Source of the DNA: a bacterium
Lineage (GTDB): Bacteria; UBA8248
DNA length: 64,000 nt
Assembly (NCBI GenBank): GCA_965221165.1
Contig: CBDCRP010000002.1
Span: 416,001-480,000 of the forward strand
Reading direction: 5' to 3'
In this document: piece by piece, positions 18,638-26,330 of the stretch
Layout of the letters: every line of letters begins with the position of its first letter
Position numbering within the stretch: the stretch's first letter is position 1
Position numbers and translations under genes: made by a program
Notes under the pieces: model-generated
Databases searched by the model: none
The model's input: the letters and a program-made list of their open reading frames with translations, nothing else
Told to the model about the DNA's origin: nothing

Positions 18638-18890
18638 AACAACCTCCAGTAAGTTTGATGTATGACATTAAAAATTCATCGCCCGCGCTGTCATCTTCAT
18701 CATGAAAACGCCGAGGGTTCCCCGTCATTTTTATCGCGACATAAATTGTCATACGCGCCGGGAAAGGGTAACATTCGCCCCTTAGGTTCAACAAACCTGA
18801 TAACAAAATTTTTTGATTCTCGGCGACGCAATGCCGTAATTCACCCAAAACCCATGTAGGGATAATTTTGTCAACAAAGGAGTTTGCTGG

Positions 18891-19718
18891 ATGCCATTTC
18901 ATCGTTTCGAAGAAATAGAGAAAAAAGCTGTTACGCCCCATCTCTCCTCGGGACAGGGCGCCATTATCGAGGGGGAATACATGTATTTCTGCCAGGTCAG
19001 CAAGGTGGCCGGCACGGGTTCCCAGATACATTATCATCCCAACGAACTCATGATTTTCCCCATCAAAGGAAAAATCAACGCCCTCGTCGGGAAGGACAGG
19101 CGAGTCGTCTCTCCGGGCACCTTCGTTCACGTGCCCGCTTATGCGCAGCATCAGATGATCGCCACCGAAGACGGCGACATGGATTACCTCTACGTGAAGG
19201 ATCGCTCCTGGACGGTGGTGGGCCTGGATCGAGACCAGGTGGTTCCGGACAAGGCGCCCACCGTCGAGGAGATCAACGAACAATACGAAGAAGGCACCGC
19301 CGACGACGTCGAAAGAGACGTCGAAAAGGCGCAAATCATCGTCGAGGGCCTGAAGAACTCCTATTATCCGCTTATCCCCTCCATCGACGCCCCTGAATGC
19401 TCGGGACGTCATACCGTGTGGATCGAAGGCGAACGCCTGGCATTCGGGTATGGAGAAATACCCGCAGGGTTCGAGGATGCGACCACCGAGAACGTGCACG
19501 AGCAATTCGTCTACGTCATCAAGGGAAAAATCGACGCCCAGGTGGACGACGACCAACAGCAGGAGGGTCCCGGCTCCATCATCCACATCCCCAAGGGATC
19601 GAAGCGAAACCTATCCACCCAGAGCGGCCAGCACGCGCGCTACGCATCCGTGCGGGCCATGCCGAGGCTCGAGGAGATGTTGGGAGAAAAAGCGGCGGCC
19701 ACGGCGGCGCAAGGCTAA
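18891..19718 (+). CDS. Bicupin protein (second domain degenerate)
   Basis: HYHPNE..VHVPAYAQH in domain 1. ENVHEQF..IHIPKGSKRN in domain 2. Confidence 0.82.
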   Translation: MPFHRFEEIEKKAVTPHLSSGQGAIIEGEYMYFCQVSKVAGTGSQIHYHPNELMIFPIKGKINALVGKDRRVVSPGTFVHVPAYAQHQMIATEDGDMDYLYVKDRSWTVVGLDRDQVVPDKAPTVEEINEQYEEGTADDVERDVEKAQIIVEGLKNSYYPLIPSIDAPECSGRHTVWIEGERLAFGYGEIPAGFEDATTENVHEQFVYVIKGKIDAQVDDDQQQEGPGSIIHIPKGSKRNLSTQSGQHARYASVRAMPRLEEMLGEKAAATAAQG

Positions 19719-19735
19719 AGCGGGGCGAATCGCGC

Positions 19736-20134
19736 ATGGCGAAACACCTGGTGTGCAAAATATCGGACTTGCCCCCTGGCGCGCGGAAGATAGTCGAGGT
19801 CGAGGGCCGCTCCATCGGCGTGTTCAACATCAAGAATTCCCTGTACGCGGTGAGAAACTCCTGCCCGCACCAGGGCGCGCCGCTTTGCCTGGGAAAGGTC
19901 AAGGGCACCATGAAGTCGTCCAAACCGCATACTTATGATTATGTGATGGACGAGCAGGTTCTCGTGTGTCCCTGGCATTGCTGGGAGTTCGACATCACGA
20001 ACGGGCGTTCGGTCTTCAACCCCCACAGGATGCGCGTCAAGACGTATGAGGTCACGCTCGAGGCGGAAGAAGACCCCTCCATCGAAACGTATGAGGTTAC
20101 GCTCGAAAAAGACCTGGTGATGCTGCACGTGTAA
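19736..20134 (+). CDS. Rieske [2Fe-2S] ferredoxin
   Basis: NSCPHQGAPL and CPWHCWEFD motifs. The ORF-track upstream extension overlaps the cupin gene and is rejected. Confidence 0.9.
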   Translation: MAKHLVCKISDLPPGARKIVEVEGRSIGVFNIKNSLYAVRNSCPHQGAPLCLGKVKGTMKSSKPHTYDYVMDEQVLVCPWHCWEFDITNGRSVFNPHRMRVKTYEVTLEAEEDPSIETYEVTLEKDLVMLHV

Positions 20135-20162
20135 TTCCGCTTCACAGGAGCCAACAGTACAA

Positions 20163-21260
20163 ATGAGAAAAATAGAAAAAATAGAACTCTTCCCCGTCGC
20201 CATTCCTCTGAACCATCCCTACAAGAGCGCTACGCGCATGGCGACGCACTCTGAGGACATCGTCGTAAAAATCACCTGCGACGGCGTTTCCGGCTGGGGA
20301 GGGGCGCCGCTTCGTTCTTTTCCGACCGGGGAGACCTTAAAGAGCGCATATCAGATTCTCGATGAATATCTGGTTCCCGCCATCGCCGATTGCAATCCCT
20401 TCGACAGGGAACTCATCGTCCACAAGATGGACAAGGCCATGCCCTTCCACTACTCGCCAAAAGCGGCCATCGATTGCGCCGTGCACGATCTTCTGGGGCG
20501 TATGCTGGGTTGTCCGGTCTACGACCTGCTCGGTGGAAAAATCAGGGACGAGATGCCCGCCTTCGACATCCTGCCCTTGGAATCACCCGAAAGAACCGCA
20601 GAACTCGCGGCGGAATCCATGGCTTTGGGGATAACGTCGTTCAAGGTGAAGATGAACCGCGACACGAAGACGAGCATCGCGCGCGTGGCGGCGGCCAGAG
20701 AGGCGGCCGGGGATGAGGCGCACATCGTCGTCGACGCGAACATGAGCTGGACGCCCAAGCTCGCCGTGCAGATGTGCGCGCGCATCGAGGAGTTCGGAAT
20801 CACGATGCTTGAGCAGCCCGTGCCCGGCAACGACCTCGACGGACTGGAATTCGTCACCAGGAACACGCGTATCCCTATCTGTGCGGACGAGTCGTTCCGG
20901 CCCGATTATTTGGCTGAAATCGCCCGCAGGCGTGCTGCCGACATCGTGAATCTGAAGGTGAACCGCGAAGGCGGGCTGCTTCACGCGAAAAAAGCCGCCG
21001 CCCTCATCGAGATTCACGGCATCGAGGGCATTTGCGGCAGTGTGATTCACAGCGCGCTGAACGACGCCGCCTGTGCGCACCTTTTCGCCTCCACGCCCGC
21101 AATCGTCTACAACGAGTCCGGCAAGGCCCCCGCCTGGCATGATGAGGACATCGTCTCCGGCTTCGAGGCGGAAGGCGGGGTCGTCAAGGTTCCCGAAGGT
21201 CCGGGTCTGGGGGTGGAAGTGAACGAGGAGGCGGTGCAAAAATTCCGCCTCGATCTTTAA
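20163..21260 (+). CDS. Enolase superfamily, muconate cycloisomerase/dipeptide epimerase subgroup
   Basis: KVK, DAN, EQP, ADES, NLK and PEGPGLG motifs. Confidence 0.9.
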   Translation: MRKIEKIELFPVAIPLNHPYKSATRMATHSEDIVVKITCDGVSGWGGAPLRSFPTGETLKSAYQILDEYLVPAIADCNPFDRELIVHKMDKAMPFHYSPKAAIDCAVHDLLGRMLGCPVYDLLGGKIRDEMPAFDILPLESPERTAELAAESMALGITSFKVKMNRDTKTSIARVAAAREAAGDEAHIVVDANMSWTPKLAVQMCARIEEFGITMLEQPVPGNDLDGLEFVTRNTRIPICADESFRPDYLAEIARRRAADIVNLKVNREGGLLHAKKAAALIEIHGIEGICGSVIHSALNDAACAHLFASTPAIVYNESGKAPAWHDEDIVSGFEAEGGVVKVPEGPGLGVEVNEEAVQKFRLDL

Positions 21261-21333
21261 TACGGGCAGGCTTTCCTGGCCACCTACTGCTTCGAAGCCC
21301 AAGCGAGAACCAATGATCCTCGTTTGCGCCCGA

Positions 21334-22479
21334 CTAGAGCTTGTGGCCGTAGAGTTCCTCGGCGCTCTCGTGGTAGATGCGGCGCCTGAGCTCATCCGAG
21401 ACTTCCTGAAAAACCTGCCGGGGGTTGTCGAAATCCCAATGCGGGTAATCAGACGCGAACAGCAGCGTCTTCTCCGCTTTCGCCATCCTGAGAATCTGGC
21501 GATGATCCTCGTTCGTGGGCGGCTCGGCGATGGGCTGTGTGGTCAGCCGGATGTGGTCGACGATGTATTCGCTCGGAGGACGCTCGAGCCAGGGCACTTC
21601 CGCGCGCAGCGAGCGCCATTCCTGATCGAAGCGCCACATGATGCTCGGCAGCCATGCGTAGCCCATCTCCTGGAAAACGACCTTGAGTTTCGGGAAACGT
21701 ACGAACACGCCCTCGCACACCAGGCTGATGACCTGGGCTTGCGCGATGGTCACCGCGCCGGTGTGCACCTCGATGTAATAGGCGGGAACTCCCGTCGGGT
21801 TCATGGGCGTGTTCACTCCCGCCCCTTCGCCTGCGCCGTGCATTCCGATGGGCAGGCCCATGGCTTCTGCGGCCTCGTAGATGGGATAGTAGTGGCGATT
21901 TCCCATCAGCACGTCCATCTGCGGAATCTGCACCTGAACCACGGCGGGATGAGCGCCGATTCTTTCGATTTCCTTGACGGCGAGCCCGGGGTCGCGCGGG
22001 CCGACGTGGATTGCGAGTTTGAGCCGGGGCTCCGGGTCGCACCATTCATGAAGCAGCCAGTCGTTGTTCGCCGCGATGAACGCGGCAGCCATGTCGGCAT
22101 CCGGCAGCCCCCCGATTCCGAACAGATCGCCGGCGATGAGAATGCCGACGGCGACCCCGTATTTGTCCAGATGGTGGGAGCGCAGCATGTCGAGGTTCGA
22201 ACCCGGTCTCCCGCCGTCTGGCGGCAGGGCGTCGGGACGCTCCGCGCCGTGGGGATGGTAGTACCAGCGCTTTGGGATCGAAAAGACGTTTCTCGCGGTG
22301 GTCGGGTCTTTCGCGGAACTGAGCGGCGCCACGCCCATACGCTTGCGCCATGATTCTGAGAGATACGGATGAAGCTGGTGCATGCCGTTCATGCGCGGAT
22401 GGATGTCCGCATCGATGATTTTGAGTTTCACCTCATCCGCCGCCTCCGGCGCCATCGCTTCAAGTCCGGTCTCGTTCAT
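21334..22479 (-). CDS. Amidohydrolase_2-fold protein, AibH2/PtmU3-like putative dinuclear monooxygenase
   Basis: DADIH, GMH, QEMG and SDYPHWDFD metal-ligand pattern. Confidence 0.8.
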   Translation of the reverse strand: MNETGLEAMAPEAADEVKLKIIDADIHPRMNGMHQLHPYLSESWRKRMGVAPLSSAKDPTTARNVFSIPKRWYYHPHGAERPDALPPDGGRPGSNLDMLRSHHLDKYGVAVGILIAGDLFGIGGLPDADMAAAFIAANNDWLLHEWCDPEPRLKLAIHVGPRDPGLAVKEIERIGAHPAVVQVQIPQMDVLMGNRHYYPIYEAAEAMGLPIGMHGAGEGAGVNTPMNPTGVPAYYIEVHTGAVTIAQAQVISLVCEGVFVRFPKLKVVFQEMGYAWLPSIMWRFDQEWRSLRAEVPWLERPPSEYIVDHIRLTTQPIAEPPTNEDHRQILRMAKAEKTLLFASDYPHWDFDNPRQVFQEVSDELRRRIYHESAEELYGHKL

Positions 22480-22521
22480 TTCCGACCCCTCAATGTCATG
22501 AACTCAAAGATCCATTCAACT

Positions 22522-23865
22522 CTAGAATTCCGGAAACTCCGCCTTCCAGTCCATCTCATCCTCGAACCACCTCGCCATCGCCAGGAGCTTCTCCTCACCG
22601 CAGCGCATCGCCCCGAACTGGATACCCAGAGGGAGGTTCATGTCCCCGCGGCCAAGAGGCAGGGTGATCGCGGGCTGTCCCGAAAAGGTGAGCGGCTGTA
22701 AAAAGGTCGGTCCCCCGGTGGATTCCTCCCACGGCGGCGGCCCCGCGTCGAAACTCGGCAGCACGAACAAATCGTAGCGCTCCATCAGATCGTCCATTTT
22801 CCGGGTGAAACTCGCCCGAACGCGCATCGCCTTCACGTAATGAACCGAGGGCGTCATATAGCCAATCGTGAAACTCCTGCGCACGAAAGGCGAGAGGTCA
22901 TCCTTGTGCGCCGCGTACAAATCCTCATGGCAGGATGCGAAATCCACGCACCGGACGATGAAATGCGCCGCGTTTATCTCATCCATGCTCAGAGGCAACT
23001 CCACCTCGTGGACGGCGACGCCCTTCGATTCGATTCGGGCTATGGCCCGTTCGGTCCACTCGACGACTTCCTCGCTGGCGAGCGCGAGCAGGTGCTTCAA
23101 ATATGCGATTTTCTCCGGTTTCCGGGGCGTCTGGTTCGCGGCGGGCGGGGGGGACTGCACGGCGCTGTGATCCATCCCATCCGGTCCGGCCGCCACTTCG
23201 AGAATTTTGGCGATATCTTCTACTGTGCGCGCTATGATTCCTGGGTGATCGAAATTCCACGAAACTTCGATGACGCCCGTCCTGGGAATGCGTCCATAGG
23301 TGGGTTTCAGGCCCGGCACGCCGCAATACGCGGCGGGGCGAAGCGTGGAGCCCGTCGTCTGGCTGCCGAATGCGGCGGGAACCATCCCCGCGCCCACGGC
23401 CGCCGCGGAGCCGCTGCTCGACCCGCCCGGACTGCGCTCGATGTTCCAGGGATTGCGGGCGATGGAGGGGTCACCCTGCGCGAAAGGCGTCGTCACCGCC
23501 TTGCCCAGGGCAATCGCGCCCGCACTCCGCAGACGCGCCACGCACACGGCGTCATCAGCAGCCGTCTGTCCTTTGAAAATCTCCGTTCCGGCCTCGAGCT
23601 TGAGACCCCGGATGCCGAAAATATCCTTGGCCGCATAAGGTGCTCCGGCCAGAGGGCCTAACTCCTCTCCATCGCTTCGGGCGTCATCCACCGCCTTCGC
23701 CGCCTCGAGCGCGCCCTCTCTATCCACCTGCACCCAGGCCTTTACCTTATCCTCACACGCGTCGATGCGGGACAACAAAGAACGCACCCACTCCGTCGCG
23801 GTGAGAGCGCCCTCCTCCATCTTGCGCAAGCCATCGTTCAATGAGAGCCGCCAGTGTTCACTCAT
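22522..23865 (-). CDS. Amidase signature enzyme
   Basis: AKD, PGGSSSGSAAAV and GSQTTGSTLRPA (Lys-Ser-Ser triad). Confidence 0.92.
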   Translation of the reverse strand: MSEHWRLSLNDGLRKMEEGALTATEWVRSLLSRIDACEDKVKAWVQVDREGALEAAKAVDDARSDGEELGPLAGAPYAAKDIFGIRGLKLEAGTEIFKGQTAADDAVCVARLRSAGAIALGKAVTTPFAQGDPSIARNPWNIERSPGGSSSGSAAAVGAGMVPAAFGSQTTGSTLRPAAYCGVPGLKPTYGRIPRTGVIEVSWNFDHPGIIARTVEDIAKILEVAAGPDGMDHSAVQSPPPAANQTPRKPEKIAYLKHLLALASEEVVEWTERAIARIESKGVAVHEVELPLSMDEINAAHFIVRCVDFASCHEDLYAAHKDDLSPFVRRSFTIGYMTPSVHYVKAMRVRASFTRKMDDLMERYDLFVLPSFDAGPPPWEESTGGPTFLQPLTFSGQPAITLPLGRGDMNLPLGIQFGAMRCGEEKLLAMARWFEDEMDWKAEFPEF

Positions 23866-24077
23866 TTCGCACCCTCATCGGCCTCGAACTTTTCGAGTAT
23901 GGGGATAAACGGCTCATCGGTGGATTCCACGTGTATATCGGAGAGGATTTGAAGCATCCGAGCACAATCATCCGCCGTCTTGAGACCGAGTTCATCCTGG
24001 GGCACGTTATAGACGGTAGCGGCCATCTCGTTTATCCGCGCAGCTATTTCTTTATGACCCTCTTGCGGTTCTGCCAT
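23862..24077 (-). CDS. Small acidic protein coupled to the amidase (possible GatC/AtzG-like subunit)
   Basis: 71 aa, GGAG RBS, ATGA overlap with the amidase start, C-terminal STDEP. Confidence 0.6.
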   Translation of the reverse strand: MAEPQEGHKEIAARINEMAATVYNVPQDELGLKTADDCARMLQILSDIHVESTDEPFIPILEKFEADEGAK

Positions 24078-24197
24078 CTCCTCCCCCTTCTTCACACAAA
24101 TCTCAGACGCTTGCGCCTCGCGTATTGGGCATATCGAATGAAAGGCATCATACTATAAAGGAGCCGCCATGATTAAGGGCGATGAGAGGGAAAACGC

Positions 24198-24650
24198 ATG
24201 AAAATCTGGGTGGATGCGGACGCATGTCCACAAGAGGTCAAAGAGATTCTCTACAAAACGGCCGATCGCCTCGATATCCCCACCGTGCTGGTGGCCAACA
24301 TGAAGCTGAGAACGCCGGATATCCCCTCCGTCTCTACGATTCAGGTCCCCGGCGGGGCGGACGTAGCCGATGAGTACATTATCGATCACTTGAGCGCTGG
24401 CGATTTCGTCATCACCGCGGATGTTCCCTTCGCGGCGAAAGCGGTCGAAAAAGGCGCTTTGGGCATCGACCCGCGAGGTGAGGTCTACACGGAAGAAAAC
24501 GTGGGCGAGCGGCTTTCCTTGAGAAACTTCATGGTGGATATGCGCTCAGGCGGCCTCGTCCAAGGCGGCCCGCCTCCCCTGGCGACCGGAGATCGCCACA
24601 AATTTGCCGCAGCGCTCGACAGGGAGTTGACGAAAAAACGCAACGGCTAG
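24198..24650 (+). CDS. YaiI/YqxD (UPF0178) family protein
   Basis: MKIWVDADACP, ADEYI, VITADVPFA and PRGEVYT motifs. Confidence 0.9.
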   Translation: MKIWVDADACPQEVKEILYKTADRLDIPTVLVANMKLRTPDIPSVSTIQVPGGADVADEYIIDHLSAGDFVITADVPFAAKAVEKGALGIDPRGEVYTEENVGERLSLRNFMVDMRSGGLVQGGPPPLATGDRHKFAAALDRELTKKRNG

Positions 24651-25633
24651 GCGTTCACGTCGACGACCACGCGGCCCCTCACCTGCCCTTTCAGGATATC
24701 ACCGCCCAGGCCAGCCAGATCGGAAAGCGTCGCTTCTGTGATCATGGATTCGAGTTTGTCCATGGACATCTGCTCCGCAAGCCGCGCCCATGCTTTCCGG
24801 CGAGGCTCATACGGACACATGGCGGATTCGATACCCAGGAGATTCACGCCCCGAAGGAGAAAGGGAATCACCGTCGTCTCGAGCGCGCTCCCGCCGGCCA
24901 GACCCACCGCCGCCACGGAGCTTCTGTGTTTCATCTGCGTGAGCAGGCGCGCGAGCGTGGTGCCGCCCACCGAATCGATGCATCCCGCCCAGCGCTCGCT
25001 ATCGAGCGGGCGTTTCGTGGGTTCGGCGAGTTCGCTCCGCGCGATGATGTTCGAAGCGCCCAGTGACTCGAGATATCCGTGGGTCTCCTCTCTGCCCGTC
25101 GACGCGGTAACGGAATAACCCTGATTCGCGAGAACGGCCACGGCGACCGAACCCACCCCGCCTGCGGCACCCGTGACCAGTACCTCCCCATCCTCCACGC
25201 TCAGACCATGGTCTTCGAGCGCCTGAACGGAGAGCATGGCCGTGAAGCCAGCCGTGCCGAGCGCCATCGCCTGTCTCGTGGACATATTCTCCGGCAGGTG
25301 AACCAGCCAATCTCCCTTGACGCGCGCTTTTTGGGAATATCCCCCCCAGTGCGCCTCGCCGACACGCCAGCCGGTGAGGATCACCTCATCCCCGGCGCTA
25401 TAATCGGGATGCGCGCTCTCCTCCACCCTGCCCGCGAAATCGATGCCCCCGATGTGGGGATAATTCCGCACCAGCCGTCCAATGCCGCCCAATACCATAC
25501 CGTCTTTGTAGTTGAGCGTTGAATAATCGATCGCGACCGTCACGTCGCCATCCGGCAGGCTCGTCTCGTCGAGTTCCTGAATCGATGAACTGACCTTCCC
25601 GTCCGCTTCCTCTAAAACCAGAGCACGAAACAT
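24647..25633 (-). CDS. acuI: Acryloyl-CoA reductase AcuI/YhdH (MDR family)
   Basis: YSTLNYKD, GWRVGEAHWGGYSQKARVKGDWLV, GTAGFTAML and PFLLRGVNLLGI motifs. Confidence 0.88.
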   Translation of the reverse strand: MFRALVLEEADGKVSSSIQELDETSLPDGDVTVAIDYSTLNYKDGMVLGGIGRLVRNYPHIGGIDFAGRVEESAHPDYSAGDEVILTGWRVGEAHWGGYSQKARVKGDWLVHLPENMSTRQAMALGTAGFTAMLSVQALEDHGLSVEDGEVLVTGAAGGVGSVAVAVLANQGYSVTASTGREETHGYLESLGASNIIARSELAEPTKRPLDSERWAGCIDSVGGTTLARLLTQMKHRSSVAAVGLAGGSALETTVIPFLLRGVNLLGIESAMCPYEPRRKAWARLAEQMSMDKLESMITEATLSDLAGLGGDILKGQVRGRVVVDVNA

Positions 25634-25652
25634 AACGCATCTCTCCATATGG

Positions 25653-26138
25653 TTAGCTTTGTTCGATTGCCTCTTTGAGCTGGCCGAGCGTCGCCTCCGC
25701 GAACGCCCACATGTTCGCCTCTCTGTCCGCACTGCCCGTCTCCAGCGTCATCACTTTATCCACCGGGCCGGAAACGGCCATGCACGAATGCCCCGGCGCA
25801 TCTCCGTATCTGTTGCCCGAAGGGCCTGCGGCCCCGGTTTCGGATACGCCCCACGTCGACCCCAGCCTGTCCTTGATCGCCCCGGCCAGCTTCGCCGCGT
25901 AGGGCTCCGTGCTCGGCCGCATTCCCTCGAAGGCGTCCTCTGGCAGCCCGAGCAGAATGCTCCTCGAATCATAGGTGTAGAGCACGCCGCCGCCCATGTA
26001 GTAGGCCGAAGCCCCCGGAACGGCGAGAAGAGCAGCCGACACCAGACCACCGGCGGATGTTTCCGAAACGGCGACCGTTTGCCCCTTTTCCTTCAATAAT
26101 TGCCCGATTTCACCGGCCATCCGCGTGAGCAAATCCAT
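25653..26138 (-). CDS. CinA C-terminal/PncC-like protein
   Basis: VAVSETSAGG, PGASAYY.GG and ETGAAGPSG motifs. Confidence 0.82.
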   Translation of the reverse strand: MDLLTRMAGEIGQLLKEKGQTVAVSETSAGGLVSAALLAVPGASAYYMGGGVLYTYDSRSILLGLPEDAFEGMRPSTEPYAAKLAGAIKDRLGSTWGVSETGAAGPSGNRYGDAPGHSCMAVSGPVDKVMTLETGSADREANMWAFAEATLGQLKEAIEQS

Positions 26139-26330
26139 GAGATTCTCCAGATCGGAAAAATTTGAACTTTGAAGGTGGAACAATGGCATATTCTCGCCCT
26201 AAAATCACCCCGTCCCCGGTGTTGGACGCATGAAACGCCAAGGCGGGGGGACTTGTCTCCCACTCGTGATATACTGCGTTCAACGCACGCTAATCCATCG
26301 GTACGTTCGATTTCGTGGAGGTAACTTCTG

